A DNA stretch of 64,000 bases from Fervidobacterium sp. (GTDB taxonomy: Bacteria > Thermotogota > Thermotogae > Thermotogales > Fervidobacteriaceae). This document shows, piece after piece, positions 1 to 10,770 of the stretch. The translations under genes and the position numbers were made by a program. A model generated the notes under the pieces. It did not search any database, was not told the origin of the DNA, and worked only from the letters and a program-made list of their open reading frames with translations. Numbering within the stretch: position 1 is the stretch's first letter; every line of letters begins with the position of its first letter. The stretch lies in NCBI GenBank assembly GCA_049970055.1, contig JBMFNR010000001.1, positions 64,001 through 128,000 of the forward strand. The letters are read 5' to 3'.

Positions 1-2
1 GA

Positions 3-620
3 AAGGAAGATCTCGAAAACATTAAAAGTAACGATAAAAAAGTCAATGATGCTGAAGATAAAGGGGAAAAAACGGAAAATACAGAAAAGTTTGAGCCAAC
101 AGCATCCGAAAATGTCGAGGGGCTCAATCTTGAAGAAGAAAATAAACAACTAAAAGAAAAGATAGCAGATCTTGAAAACCAATTGAAGGAGATTCAAAAT
201 GCTGCAAGGATTATTAAGGCTTCTTTTGAGAATTATAAACTTGATGTTGAGCGTCAGATAAAGGAAAATACAAAGTCAACAGTGCTGAGAATTTTAAGAA
301 GTTTAATACCGGTGATAGATGATTTCAAACGCGCGTTCAGCTATTATGAGCAGACAAAGAACCTAGAAGAGTTTTATTCAGGAACGCGAAAAATTTACGA
401 AAAGTTTATCAAAATACTTGAAAATGAAGGATTAAAAAAGATAGATGCTTCTGGAAAATTTGATCCATTTTTACATGAAGCGCTCGAGAGAGAAGAAAGA
501 GACGATGTTGAAGAATATACCGTCTTGGAAGTTATAGAAGATGGTTACACGTACAATGGACAAGTTATTAAACCAACCAAAGTAAAAGTTGCAGTAAAGC
601 CTAAAAAACAAGCGGGGTGA
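3..620 (+). CDS. grpE: Nucleotide exchange factor GrpE (5'-truncated by window edge)
   Basis: Frame is open from position 3 (KEDLENIK...) into the 183..620 ORF; GrpE motifs ASFENYK, LIPVIDDFKRA, FDPFLHEAL, GYTYNGQVIKPTKVKV; directly upstream of dnaJ. Confidence 0.95.
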   Translation, partial: KEDLENIKSNDKKVNDAEDKGEKTENTEKFEPTASENVEGLNLEEENKQLKEKIADLENQLKEIQNAARIIKASFENYKLDVERQIKENTKSTVLRILRSLIPVIDDFKRAFSYYEQTKNLEEFYSGTRKIYEKFIKILENEGLKKIDASGKFDPFLHEALEREERDDVEEYTVLEVIEDGYTYNGQVIKPTKVKVAVKPKKQAG

Positions 621-625
621 TTTAA

Positions 626-1753
626 ATGCCTTCCAAGAAAGATTATTATGAGATATTAGGTGTTCCAAGGAATGCAAGTGATGATGAGATAAAAGCTGCG
701 TACAAAAGACTCATAAAAGAGTGGCACCCTGATAGACAACCTGAAGATAAGAAAAAAATTGCGGAGCAGAAATTTAAGGAGATTCAAGAAGCATACGAAG
801 TTCTTTCCGACCCCCAAAAGCGTGCAATGTATGATAAGTTTGGATACGTAGGTGAGGGAGTTCCACACAACTATGAGTACAATGGCTCAGGTTCCGGTTT
901 TGGATTCGAAGATATATTCAGAGATTTCCTGAACGATGATATATTCAACATCTTCTTTGGCGGTCAGAGAACGCAAGCTTCCGGTCAAAGGGGTACAAGT
1001 AGGAAGGCGCCAAAAAGGGGAGAGGATATAAATTTCGAGATTACAATTGATCAAATAGATGTCTTCACTGGAAAAGATGTAATGATTGAATACGATAGGT
1101 ATGAAGAGTGTGAACATTGCCACGGCGAAGGCGTTGAACCAGGGAGTAAATGGATAACATGTTCTAAATGTCATGGTACAGGTGTTGTTAGAGAGGAAAG
1201 AAGAACACCGTTCGGTGTTTTTATAAACCAGTACACATGTGATTTGTGCGGCGGAACGGGAAGAGTGCCGGGTGAAACGTGCCATGTTTGTAGAGGAGTC
1301 GGGAGAGTTAGAAAAAGGACCTCTACAGTGGTCAACATACCAGCAGGTGTTGAAAATGGTTCAGTGATAAGAATACCAAGAAAAGGTAACGCAGGATTGT
1401 ACGGTGGAGATTATGGAGATCTGTATATTCACGTAAATGTTAGAAAATCGAGTGACTACAAACGTGAGGGTGATGATATAATAATAGATGTACCTGTTGA
1501 TTACGTAACAGCAATACTTGGTGGAAGTGTTCACGTGGATCTACCAAGTGGTGAGACCATTGAAGTGGAAATTCCAGCAGGTACGCAACCTAATGAAAAA
1601 ATAATAGTTAAAGGTAAAGGGTTCCCAAATTTAAGAACGGGAAAGCGAGGGAACCTTATAGTTAATACTATTGTTCGAATACCAAAGAGAATTTCTCACA
1701 AGGAAAAAGAATTGCTCAAAGAAATAGCAAAAGAGAGAGGAGTCAAAGTTTGA
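626..1753 (+). CDS. dnaJ: Chaperone DnaJ
   Basis: J-domain with HPD, G/F-rich linker, four CxxCxGxG zinc-finger repeats, C-terminal substrate-binding domain. Confidence 0.98.
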   Translation: MPSKKDYYEILGVPRNASDDEIKAAYKRLIKEWHPDRQPEDKKKIAEQKFKEIQEAYEVLSDPQKRAMYDKFGYVGEGVPHNYEYNGSGSGFGFEDIFRDFLNDDIFNIFFGGQRTQASGQRGTSRKAPKRGEDINFEITIDQIDVFTGKDVMIEYDRYEECEHCHGEGVEPGSKWITCSKCHGTGVVREERRTPFGVFINQYTCDLCGGTGRVPGETCHVCRGVGRVRKRTSTVVNIPAGVENGSVIRIPRKGNAGLYGGDYGDLYIHVNVRKSSDYKREGDDIIIDVPVDYVTAILGGSVHVDLPSGETIEVEIPAGTQPNEKIIVKGKGFPNLRTGKRGNLIVNTIVRIPKRISHKEKELLKEIAKERGVKV

Positions 1754-3060
1754 GATTGGATAATCGAAAAATTTCTAAAGCAAAGAAAAGTGCCTTATCT
1801 AAAAGGTTGATTTTTGTAATCTCTGTTTTGGTTTCAGTGCTTTTGGTTTTTCCCGCTTTGTACGGTATTGTGAATTTGGACAAAATATTCACTAATAAAA
1901 AAGCTGATAACGTGGGTAATACTTTTAGTCCAGTTAAAATAACTTATAGCGAAGGTTACGAAGTACGATTTCACCGAGTCCTTAAGTCTAAAGATAATAT
2001 AGTAGCAGTTGGTACTATATTGAAAAACGCTGATCTTAAGTACCAACTGTTTTTTGTTATCTTTGACGCAAATGGGCAAATTATTCATAGGGTAGAGTTT
2101 GGTGCCGAGGGTGATGAATGGGGCTATGATCTCTTGAAAGATGGTGATGAGTACATTGTTATTGGTTTAAGTTCATCAAGATCTTTGAATGTTCAAGGTC
2201 GATACGATGTGTTAGTTTTAAGAATAGACAAAGATGGTAATATTGTGTCTTACAATACGTATGGCGGGCCAGATTGGGATAGAGTATACAAGATCTTAAA
2301 GGTTAATGGCGGTTACGTTTTTGTCGGTGACAACTTTATGAAAGGTGGGGATGTGTACGAAAACTACGGAGAACACGACTTTTGGATAGTTAAGATCGAT
2401 AGGAACGGAAAGATTATTTGGAGTAAAAGTTTCGGAGGAATAAAGTGGGACAGGGCGTACAGTGCCGAATACGATGCCTCAAGTGATACAATAATAGTCG
2501 TTGGTTCTTCAAATTCATTTAACGATGGTAATAGGTACGACGGATATGTTGTAGCATACGATTCAAATGGTCAGATGAAATGGAACGTAGTTTTGTCTAA
2601 TTTTAATACACTTTGGCCAACAAGTGTGTCGATTTTTAATTCTGAAATATACGTTGGTGGCTATGTTTTCGAAAACGGTGAGGAAAAATCATTTATATCA
2701 AAGATAAATCTATCAGGAAAAGTTGAGTACATAAAAACATTTGCACAAAACACGAGAATACAAAGTTTAAAGCCTATACAAGATGACAATAAAAACACAA
2801 CAATATATTTTGTAGGGTATAAGGATAGCGTGAAAGATAGTGGGGAAAATAACGGAGACAATAGCGGAAGAAAGATACCGTGGTACGGGCAGTTTAACTT
2901 TGCAGAAGGTATGATAACACCAGTTGTAGTTGAATACACTCTGGGTTATGACTACGGTATGCTTTTTGATATATCCTACGATGGCTTTTCAGCGATAGTT
3001 TGTGGATTTGTAATGGAAAAAGGTAAGATAAGCGGATTAATTGAAAGTATCGGAAACTAA
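1750..3060 (+). CDS. Membrane-anchored hypothetical protein with beta-propeller-like repeats
   Basis: Basic N-terminus, one hydrophobic helix, then repeated (F/Y)GG..D...Y-type blades ([30 protein letters not shown]); TTG start overlaps the dnaJ stop. Confidence 0.7.
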   Translation: MRLDNRKISKAKKSALSKRLIFVISVLVSVLLVFPALYGIVNLDKIFTNKKADNVGNTFSPVKITYSEGYEVRFHRVLKSKDNIVAVGTILKNADLKYQLFFVIFDANGQIIHRVEFGAEGDEWGYDLLKDGDEYIVIGLSSSRSLNVQGRYDVLVLRIDKDGNIVSYNTYGGPDWDRVYKILKVNGGYVFVGDNFMKGGDVYENYGEHDFWIVKIDRNGKIIWSKSFGGIKWDRAYSAEYDASSDTIIVVGSSNSFNDGNRYDGYVVAYDSNGQMKWNVVLSNFNTLWPTSVSIFNSEIYVGGYVFENGEEKSFISKINLSGKVEYIKTFAQNTRIQSLKPIQDDNKNTTIYFVGYKDSVKDSGENNGDNSGRKIPWYGQFNFAEGMITPVVVEYTLGYDYGMLFDISYDGFSAIVCGFVMEKGKISGLIESIGN

Positions 3061-3812
3061 ATGTTTAATATATTCTTTATATTTCCTTTATACATCCTAC
3101 CGATTGGTATAATCTTCCCATTTACAAGCTCAATAGCGTTACCGCCAAAGTAATTTTTTAAGATTTTGCTGATAGCATCGATGGATACGATAAAAGATTT
3201 ATGTACTCTTAGGAATTTATCTGCAGGTAACTTTGCTTCATATTCCTTCAACGGTGTTTTTGTTCTAAATGACTTATCTTTGAGCGTAACTATCGTCGTG
3301 CCTTGGTCAGATTCAAAATACAAGATATCATTCCAATTTACGAGCACAATTTCATGATCTGTTTCGATAGGGATTTTATTTGAAGCGTGGATTTTGCTTG
3401 CTAACGTGCGCGCATTTTCAAAGTAAGAGCTAACTTTGGATTCTCTATTACTTGCTTCGATAAACTTCCTAACCTTATCGATGGCTATTCTTAGCCTTTC
3501 TTTGCTTATTGGTTTTAGCAGATAGTCAACAGCATTTTCTTCAAAAGCTTTGACAGCATACTCTGAGTAGGCTGTTGTGAAGATTACGTATGGTTTGTGT
3601 GAAACATTTTTTAGCACGTAGAAACCATCATTTTCACCAAGATTTATATCCAAGAATAAAACATCTGGTTTTTGCTTGTCAACTAATCTTATCGCATCGT
3701 CTGCGTTGTTAGCAATTCCTAATACGTTCAGTTGTTCTTCTTTAAGCATTTTCTCTAATATCTTAGCGAGGAATTTTTCATCTTCCACTATCACACATGT
3801 CAATGTTATCAT
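3057..3812 (-). CDS. LytTR-family response regulator
   Basis: Receiver domain (VEDE, FLDI, FTTAY, DYLLKP) plus LytTR domain (FLRVHKSFIV, IPIGR). Confidence 0.93.
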   Translation of the reverse strand: MITLTCVIVEDEKFLAKILEKMLKEEQLNVLGIANNADDAIRLVDKQKPDVLFLDINLGENDGFYVLKNVSHKPYVIFTTAYSEYAVKAFEENAVDYLLKPISKERLRIAIDKVRKFIEASNRESKVSSYFENARTLASKIHASNKIPIETDHEIVLVNWNDILYFESDQGTTIVTLKDKSFRTKTPLKEYEAKLPADKFLRVHKSFIVSIDAISKILKNYFGGNAIELVNGKIIPIGRMYKGNIKNILNI

Positions 3813-4813
3813 TCCGCTATCATCCCCCCAAATAATAAATAAATCCTAATGATCGTACCTTTTCCAACCTCTGAATTAACTTCAAGTTTGGCCCCTTTGG
3901 AGAAAAGTCTTAACCTTTGTTCAACAAGTGATATACCTGTACCACTTTCGATTTTTTTCGCCCCAACACCTGTATCTTTGACTTCTATAACTATTTTATC
4001 ATCAGTTCTTTTACACAAGATATACACCTTCCCACCAGTTTTTGACTTAGTAATGCCATGAACGATAGCATTTTCAACAAGCGGTTGAAGAAGTAAAGCG
4101 GGAATTTTTTCATCACTGCACTCTCGGGACACATCAATCTCAAAGTCAAACTTTTCACCAAGCCTTACTTTATTTATATTTAAATACCGCCTTGCAAGTT
4201 CAATCTCCTGGTTAATTGTCCACACCTCCGGAGAATCAACACTCATTCTAAGTAAACAAGATACATCTGACAAGTATTTTTTGATCTTTTCCGTATCCTC
4301 ATTTAACTCAAGCATGGATATAGCTGTTGCAAGTGTATTGAAAAGAAAGTGCGGATTCACTTTTGATTTTAAAAACTCTAATTCTAAAGAAAGCCTTGCC
4401 TGTTTTAATTGCTCGTTCTCAAGTATTTTACTTTCAAGTTCTCTTTTCAATGTCAAGTAAGCTATTCCAAAAGCTACAAGAAGAAACGTTGAAATGACGA
4501 GCAGGGTATTTAAAAAGTCAGCGATGGCCTCTTGTGGATAATTTTCCAACCAAAGCTTGAAAAGATTGAAAAATAATAGTGAAAACCCTGCAACGCTAAT
4601 TATCAAAAGAACAAAATACACGAGTTTTAAGAACCTGTTGGAGTCTTTAAAATTTGAAAACCATACCCGAAAAGCGTAATACGAAAGCCCTGTTGTGTTG
4701 ACAACAATGAATATAGAAATTAAAGATATAAAATATAAACTTGAAGGTAAAAGATACATTGAAAAAACAAAGATTACTAGAACAAGCAATTGTAAGAAAA
4801 GAACAATCTTCAT
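3809..4813 (-). CDS. LytS/YehU-type sensor histidine kinase
   Basis: N-terminal TM helices; KVNPHFLFNTL H-box, LQPLVENAIVHG N-box, DTGVG/GTGI G-boxes; coupled to the LytTR regulator. Confidence 0.92.
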   Translation of the reverse strand: MKIVLFLQLLVLVIFVFSMYLLPSSLYFISLISIFIVVNTTGLSYYAFRVWFSNFKDSNRFLKLVYFVLLIISVAGFSLLFFNLFKLWLENYPQEAIADFLNTLLVISTFLLVAFGIAYLTLKRELESKILENEQLKQARLSLELEFLKSKVNPHFLFNTLATAISMLELNEDTEKIKKYLSDVSCLLRMSVDSPEVWTINQEIELARRYLNINKVRLGEKFDFEIDVSRECSDEKIPALLLQPLVENAIVHGITKSKTGGKVYILCKRTDDKIVIEVKDTGVGAKKIESGTGISLVEQRLRLFSKGAKLEVNSEVGKGTIIRIYLLFGGMIAE

Positions 4814-4838
4814 ACCTTACACCTCCTCGATCACTTGC

Positions 4839-4867
4839 TTGACTTTTCAAGGAAAATATGATACTAT
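4839..4867 (+). promoter_or_regulatory. Sigma70-type promoter for nrdG-nrdD
   Basis: TTGACT (4839-4844), 17 bp spacer, TACTAT (4862-4867), with extended -10 TG at 4859-4860. Confidence 0.65.
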
Positions 4868-4906
4868 ATATAGTGTATATATTCTCAAAAACACTATATA
4901 ATGTCG
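4861..4906 (+). promoter_or_regulatory. Tandem NrdR boxes
   Basis: ATACTATATATAGTGT (4861-4876) and ACACTATATAATGTCG (4891-4906) match the NrdR consensus acaCwAtATaTwGtgt, lie 30 bp apart, are upstream of RNR genes, and the first overlaps the -10. Confidence 0.8.
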
Positions 4907-4943
4907 TCATACCATCCAGAAGAAATTTCGAGGGGGGGGTCAT

Positions 4944-5522
4944 ATGAATTCTATCACATCTTCGTTTTCTTTTCCAACTTCACACATGGGTGTAAGTTCT
5001 CTTGTACGCGCTGTTAAAGTTCTTTACGGTGACCATCCTACATTGCCTTCTGTAAGCGTTTATTTTCAAGGTTGTGACGCATTTCCAAAATGTCATGGTT
5101 GCCACAATCCGGAGACTTGGGATTTTGACGAAAACTTTGCTGTTGGATTTGAACATTTAGAAACTTTAACCACTCAGAAAATAAGTTTCCTTCTTTCAAG
5201 GTTCGAAAAGGTCGGACTGGCACTGTTAGGTGGAGAGCCTTTATCTGAGAGAAATCGGTATGCTGCTTATCTTTTGGCAAAGCGTATTAAAGAGAGAGTC
5301 AATAAACAAGTAACTGTAATTGTTTATACGTGGCGACTGCCTGAGGATCTTGAGAAAATTGATATCCCTTTAGTGTATTTCGATGAGTTTGTTATGGGAA
5401 GATACATTAAAGAATATCATCAAGATGGATTCCCCGCTTCGAGAAATCAACTTTACATAACTTATGATGAATTGTGCTCTCGTTTTAACGTCTGCAGTAT
5501 GAGTGAACGTGTAAGCGAGTAA
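4944..5522 (+). CDS. nrdG: Anaerobic ribonucleotide reductase activating enzyme (radical SAM)
   Basis: YFQGCDAFPKCHGCHNPETW, LLGGEP, SRNQ motifs; adjacent to nrdD. Confidence 0.9.
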   Translation: MNSITSSFSFPTSHMGVSSLVRAVKVLYGDHPTLPSVSVYFQGCDAFPKCHGCHNPETWDFDENFAVGFEHLETLTTQKISFLLSRFEKVGLALLGGEPLSERNRYAAYLLAKRIKERVNKQVTVIVYTWRLPEDLEKIDIPLVYFDEFVMGRYIKEYHQDGFPASRNQLYITYDELCSRFNVCSMSERVSE

Positions 5523-5564
5523 GAAAAGATAGCAGGAAAAATCTCAGAAAAAGGGGGCAAGGTT

Positions 5565-7496
5565 ATGTCAGACATTATTAATATACTTAAGTATATGGAC
5601 TTTTCAACGGATTTTATCGATGAATTTAAAAATGTACCAGATGAGTTTTTACAACTTGAAGGTATAAGTTGGCAAATCGATATTGCACGTTTTACAGAAC
5701 ACTTTTTCAACAACGGAATTTTGAATTCATCTATAGATTCCAACGCGAATGTGAGAAGTACCAACGTGTACACATATTTTAACGAGGTTGTCAAACCTTG
5801 GTCTAAATTGTACTCACTTTATTATATATACGAAAGGATAAAGAACCTCTTCGGACAGGAAGATGCGAAAACTTTCCTAAGATACGAAATATATGGCGAT
5901 ATCTATCTTCACGATGCTCACCATGCAGCATTTGAACCATATTGTTATGCGTATTCGCTCCGTCCAATTGTTGAAAAAGGATTGTTCTTTATCGATAGTA
6001 TAAAATCAACACCGGCAAAGCATCTGTCTTCTTATATACAGCATGTTATTCAGTTCGTGATGTTCGCTTCGAACCAGCAATCAGGTGCCGTTGGATTACC
6101 AGATTTCTTTGTGTGGCTTGCTTATTTTTACAATAGAGACTTAAAGGAAGGTGTGATACCAAAAGGTCAAGAAAAGCAGTACCTCTACCAGCATTTCCAA
6201 ATATTCACTTATTCGATCAACCAGCCCATCAGAGGCACTCAGTCTCCATACACGAATTTCACATACCTTGACAGGAATTATATTAAATCGATATTCGAAG
6301 GTGAAACTTATCCAGATGGTTCCTTTATCATCGACTATATTGAAGACATCATAACGCTACAAAAGGAATATTGGATGTGGATCAGCAACGAAAGGGAAAA
6401 GCAGATGTTCACATTCCCAGTTCTCACCGCATCTCTTTTGTACCAAGGAGGAAAGTTTTTAGATGAAGACAGTGCAAGGTTCATTAACAAGGTGAATATG
6501 AAGTGGCAAGATACAAATTGGTATATATCAGATAGTGTAGATGCCGTTGCATCGTGTTGTAGATTGACAAGTTCTACAAAAGAATTGAAATCAAAACAAT
6601 TTATCTTGGGAAAAGAAAAGTTATCGGGTATGTCAAATTCGATCGGTGGGTCTGATTTAAACATTGGCTCATTTAAGGTAGTGACAATTAATCTTCCGAG
6701 AATCGCACTGGTATCAAAAAGCAAGGAAAAATTCAAGCAAATATTAATGATGAAGATAAGGTTAGTGCAAAAAGTGTTGGCAAGTATAAGAAGTATAATA
6801 CAAGAGAGAATTCAACAAGGAGTGTTGCCACTTTACAATCTTGGTCTCATGGATTTAAACAGGCAGTACGGGACGATAGGCATCAATGGACTTTTTGAAG
6901 CCATGGAGATTCTTGGGCTAACGTATGAGGATATCGATGGAGTAAAATACACACAGGAAGGTGAAAAGTTTATTAGTGAAATATTAGACGAAATGAAAAA
7001 TCTAAGCGATGAAGCTTTCGATTTATACGGTTTTACGTTCAACATTGAACAAGTCCCAGCCGAAAAAGCAGCGGTCACATTGGCACAAAAAGACAAATTG
7101 CTTTACAACACAAGCTACACCCTTTACTCAAACCAATGGCTGCCACTAACAACGGATACAGATATGCTAAATAGGATAAGATATTCTGGTATCTACGATA
7201 AAAAAGTTTCTGGAGGTGCCATATTACACGTAAACCTAGATTCGCCATTTAGAACAGAAGAAGAAGCTTGGAACATGGTCAATTTAGTAGCTCAAATGGG
7301 TGTCGTTTACTTTGCGTTTAACCAAAAGATTAGTGTATGTGAAGGTGGGCATGCGTTCTATGGGGACAGATGTCCGTTGTGCGGTAAGGCAAAGGCAGAC
7401 GAATACTTAAGAATAGTCGGATACCTTGTTCCTGTAAGATCTTTCAATAAAGTAAGGCAAAAAGAAGAATATCCCAAGAGGGTTTTTTACAAATAA
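5565..7496 (+). CDS. nrdD: Class III anaerobic ribonucleoside-triphosphate reductase
   Basis: IYLHD, PYC, SNQQSGAVG, TFPVLT, SCCRL, TINLPR, EQVPAE, C-terminal metal site (CEGGH..CPLC) and glycyl-radical motif RIVGY. Confidence 0.96.
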   Translation: MSDIINILKYMDFSTDFIDEFKNVPDEFLQLEGISWQIDIARFTEHFFNNGILNSSIDSNANVRSTNVYTYFNEVVKPWSKLYSLYYIYERIKNLFGQEDAKTFLRYEIYGDIYLHDAHHAAFEPYCYAYSLRPIVEKGLFFIDSIKSTPAKHLSSYIQHVIQFVMFASNQQSGAVGLPDFFVWLAYFYNRDLKEGVIPKGQEKQYLYQHFQIFTYSINQPIRGTQSPYTNFTYLDRNYIKSIFEGETYPDGSFIIDYIEDIITLQKEYWMWISNEREKQMFTFPVLTASLLYQGGKFLDEDSARFINKVNMKWQDTNWYISDSVDAVASCCRLTSSTKELKSKQFILGKEKLSGMSNSIGGSDLNIGSFKVVTINLPRIALVSKSKEKFKQILMMKIRLVQKVLASIRSIIQERIQQGVLPLYNLGLMDLNRQYGTIGINGLFEAMEILGLTYEDIDGVKYTQEGEKFISEILDEMKNLSDEAFDLYGFTFNIEQVPAEKAAVTLAQKDKLLYNTSYTLYSNQWLPLTTDTDMLNRIRYSGIYDKKVSGGAILHVNLDSPFRTEEEAWNMVNLVAQMGVVYFAFNQKISVCEGGHAFYGDRCPLCGKAKADEYLRIVGYLVPVRSFNKVRQKEEYPKRVFYK

Positions 7497-7502
7497 AAGA
7501 AT

Positions 7503-7534
7503 AAAAAAAGAGTGGCCAAAGTGCCACTCTTTTT
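7503..7534. terminator. Bidirectional intrinsic terminator between nrdD and mutS
   Basis: A-run, GAGTGGC, loop, GCCACTC, T-run, between convergent genes. Confidence 0.85.
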
Positions 7535-7541
7535 AATATTA

Positions 7542-10022
7542 TTAGAATAACTTCATCTGTCCTTCCGGGATATTTTTCTTTGTAGCTTTTATCTTCTTCA
7601 TCTGTCCTTCCCTCAATACACCAACTTTCTTTTCTAAATCGCTCTTCTCTATTATAATGTTCAGTATTTGTTTTGCACGTTCCACAATACTCTCAGGCAA
7701 TCCAGCTATAGCAGCTACTTCTATTCCGTAACTTCTATCAGCTACGCCTCCGATAACCTTGTGTAAGAATATCACACCATCTGATGTTTCTTTCACCTCG
7801 ACGGTTAAATTTTTAATCCCTTGGTAACCTTCTGAGAGTTCGGTTAGTTCTGTAAAGTGCGTTGCAAAAATTGTCTTACACTTTAATTCGGTGTATATGT
7901 ATTCACTCATTGCCCAAGCTATACTTATCCCATCAAATGTGCTGGTACCACGCCCTACTTCATCGAGTAAAACAAGACTATCCTTTGTGGCCTTGGAAAG
8001 TATCAATGCGACTTCGTTCATCTCTGTTAAGAACGTACTTTTACCAGTTGAAATATCATCGCGAGCCCCCATGCGCGTGAATATTCTATCGAAAACGGGA
8101 ACTTTCGCGTATTTTGCTGGAACAAAAGATCCGATCTGGGCCATCAGTGCAATTAATCCAACTTGACGAATGTACGTACTCTTACCACTCATATTTGGAC
8201 CTGTAAGAATAAACATTCTGAGGTTATTGTCCATGTATGTATCGTTGGGAACAAATTCTTCAACGAACCTCTCAACAACAGGGTGCCTTCCTTGTAAAAC
8301 ATTGAATTCCTCGTTTGAGATCTCAGGTTTTACATACGAGTACATTTTCGAAACGTAAGCAAAATTCGAATATATATCAATCCAGCTAAGTGCTTCGGCT
8401 AATTTTCTCAATTGTTGGGTGTAATTTTTCAGATCATCGCAAAGATTTTTAAATATAGTCCTTTCCAAAATCTCAACTTTTTCCTTTGCAGCCAAAATTT
8501 TCTGCTCGAACTCTTTTAATTTTGGTGTTGTATACCTCTCAGCATTAACAAGAGTCTGAATCCTTGTATACTCCTCAGGTGCGAATTTTACCTGACCTTT
8601 TGGAATTTCAATATAGTATCCAAACACGTTGTTAAAACTCACCCTAAGCTTTTGTATTCCTGTTTTGATGCGCTCTTTTTCTTCAAATTCTTTCAACTTT
8701 TCATTTGAATGGTACAAAAGTTCTCTGTATTCATCAAGTTCTTTTGAGACTCCTTCTTTTATTGTTTTTCCTTCTCCAAGTTCGCCTTCGGGAACATCGT
8801 AGATTGTACTTTCTATCTTTGACTTGGCTTCGCCTAAATCGGGAAGGTCTTTGACGAATCTTTCAAACTTTTCATTTGTCGAAAGTGCATCTTTTATTGG
8901 TTCTACAACTTCAAGTGTTGCTTTCAAACTTACTATGTCTTTTGGTCTTGCACTATCGTACTCTATCCGATTTATAATTCTTTCCAAGTCGTAGACACCA
9001 TCCAAATATTCCCTAATTTCGTTTGTTAGAAGCGGATCTTCGTAAAACGCTTCAACGTACCATAGTCGTTCTTCTATCTTTTTCTTATTTTTCAAGGGGT
9101 GGAGTATGATCCATTTCAACAATCTTGAACCCATTGGTGTTCTAGTTTTGTTAAGTACATCATATAAATTTTTACCTTTGTCACCCGGTATAAGCGAGAG
9201 ATTTTCAACTGTTGATGAATCAAGTACCATATACTCGGATTCATCGAAAGTTTTTGGAACTCTCAATTTTGCATTCCTGTTGAGAGTGTAATTTATATAT
9301 TTTATCGTTGCACAAAATGGTTTTGATGCTTCACCAAGCTCAAAATGGTCGATTGAAGCGACATTGTATGCTTCTTTAATCGTTTGTATTTCGTTTTCGT
9401 AATACCAATCATCCAGTTTATCAACAAATACTCCTACCGAACGTGCGATATTGACGATCTTGTCATAGAAAGTATCAGGGCAAATTATCTGTGAAATTTT
9501 GTGTGTTTGGATAAAGTCAATCAATTCGTCCAAATCACTCATTTTCTTTATTATTACTTCTGCTGTTGAACTATCTGTGAGCACGGAGTATATGTTGCCA
9601 TCTTTTGTTTCGTAGAGTGACATCATATAATTACTATCTGCTGACAAAAGCTCGTCTTCGATAAGCGTTCCAGGTGTTATCACCCTTGTTACTTCCCTTT
9701 TTACGATTCCCCTTGCAAGTGCGGGATCTTCCATTTGCTCGCAGATCGCAACTTTGTATCCGGAATTCACAAGCTTTTTCAAATAGTTATCAAGCGCATG
9801 GTAAGGTATACCAGCCATGGGTGCATCTTGGCGCTTAGTTAAAACTATATTAAGCACTTTAGAAACGGTGAACGCATCTTCGAAAAATGCTTCGTAAAAA
9901 TCCCCAAGGCGGAAGAGCAAGATAGCATCCTTATATTTTTCCTTTATATCAAGGTATTGTTTCATCATCGGTGTGAGCTTTAAACTCTTAATGTCAAAAA
10001 GTTGCTTTTCCAATTTTCTCAC
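7542..10022 (-). CDS. mutS: DNA mismatch repair protein MutS
   Basis: TPMMKQY, FRLGDFYE, Walker A GPNMSGKS, DEVGRGTS, SYGIEVA. Confidence 0.98.
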   Translation of the reverse strand: MRKLEKQLFDIKSLKLTPMMKQYLDIKEKYKDAILLFRLGDFYEAFFEDAFTVSKVLNIVLTKRQDAPMAGIPYHALDNYLKKLVNSGYKVAICEQMEDPALARGIVKREVTRVITPGTLIEDELLSADSNYMMSLYETKDGNIYSVLTDSSTAEVIIKKMSDLDELIDFIQTHKISQIICPDTFYDKIVNIARSVGVFVDKLDDWYYENEIQTIKEAYNVASIDHFELGEASKPFCATIKYINYTLNRNAKLRVPKTFDESEYMVLDSSTVENLSLIPGDKGKNLYDVLNKTRTPMGSRLLKWIILHPLKNKKKIEERLWYVEAFYEDPLLTNEIREYLDGVYDLERIINRIEYDSARPKDIVSLKATLEVVEPIKDALSTNEKFERFVKDLPDLGEAKSKIESTIYDVPEGELGEGKTIKEGVSKELDEYRELLYHSNEKLKEFEEKERIKTGIQKLRVSFNNVFGYYIEIPKGQVKFAPEEYTRIQTLVNAERYTTPKLKEFEQKILAAKEKVEILERTIFKNLCDDLKNYTQQLRKLAEALSWIDIYSNFAYVSKMYSYVKPEISNEEFNVLQGRHPVVERFVEEFVPNDTYMDNNLRMFILTGPNMSGKSTYIRQVGLIALMAQIGSFVPAKYAKVPVFDRIFTRMGARDDISTGKSTFLTEMNEVALILSKATKDSLVLLDEVGRGTSTFDGISIAWAMSEYIYTELKCKTIFATHFTELTELSEGYQGIKNLTVEVKETSDGVIFLHKVIGGVADRSYGIEVAAIAGLPESIVERAKQILNIIIEKSDLEKKVGVLREGQMKKIKATKKNIPEGQMKLF

Positions 10023-10107
10023 CTGCCTTGGACATTCAATTTCGGTACCTCTAACATCATATTTAAGTGCAAATTACCATTTTTTCGTTTACTCAATTAA
10101 AGTACTT

Positions 10108-10770
10108 TCAAAGTCCCATTTTACCTTCTATTTGTCTTTTTTCGAAGTTTAGTTCAGCGATGCTTTTTTGTAGATACAGTGGTTCAACAAGATCTACAAA
10201 TCGCTTGTTTTTAACTTCTTCTAATGTGAGTTTCATCAACTTTTTAGCGGAAGGTAAGCTGTACTCATCGTTGAGTGTTTTGTCAAAAAATTGCGCACCA
10301 TCACCGACGAATATTTTCTCTTCGTATTTTTCGATTCTTAGTTTTATCGATTCAACACTATCAATAAACGGTTTTTCAATTTCGACAATTTCTCCAAACT
10401 TTGAACCTTGATATACGGCACCGTAAAGATAACCTTCTCTTGCTTTTCTGACTACAACTATATAACCTTCGTAAAATTCAACATTCGAAGCTATCAATTT
10501 CAAAGAATTTATTTGAACAAATTTCTTCCCGATGCCCAATCCTGTTGCAAATGCTATCCCCACACGCAAACCTGTTAAACTTCCTGGACCGATACCAATA
10601 CCAATTACATCCAAAGTACCGAAATCAACTTCGCCCATCTTCTCAGCAATTTGAGAAATTTTAAGTCCATGTTTTTCTTTAGTTTCAAGTTCAACTAATA
10701 TTTTCTTTTCACTATCTACATAGCATGCTACAACTCGTTGAGTTGATGTATCAATAGCAAAAATTCTCAG
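10108..10770 (-). CDS. tsaB: tRNA threonylcarbamoyladenosine biosynthesis protein TsaB (probable CTG start)
   Basis: GPGSLTGLRVG motif; frame extends 44 codons beyond the tracked ORF to (C)TG-RIFAIDTS at 10770, with SD GGGAGG 7 nt upstream and an in-frame stop just beyond. Confidence 0.9.
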   Translation of the reverse strand: MRIFAIDTSTQRVVACYVDSEKKILVELETKEKHGLKISQIAEKMGEVDFGTLDVIGIGIGPGSLTGLRVGIAFATGLGIGKKFVQINSLKLIASNVEFYEGYIVVVRKAREGYLYGAVYQGSKFGEIVEIEKPFIDSVESIKLRIEKYEEKIFVGDGAQFFDKTLNDEYSLPSAKKLMKLTLEEVKNKRFVDLVEPLYLQKSIAELNFEKRQIEGKMGL

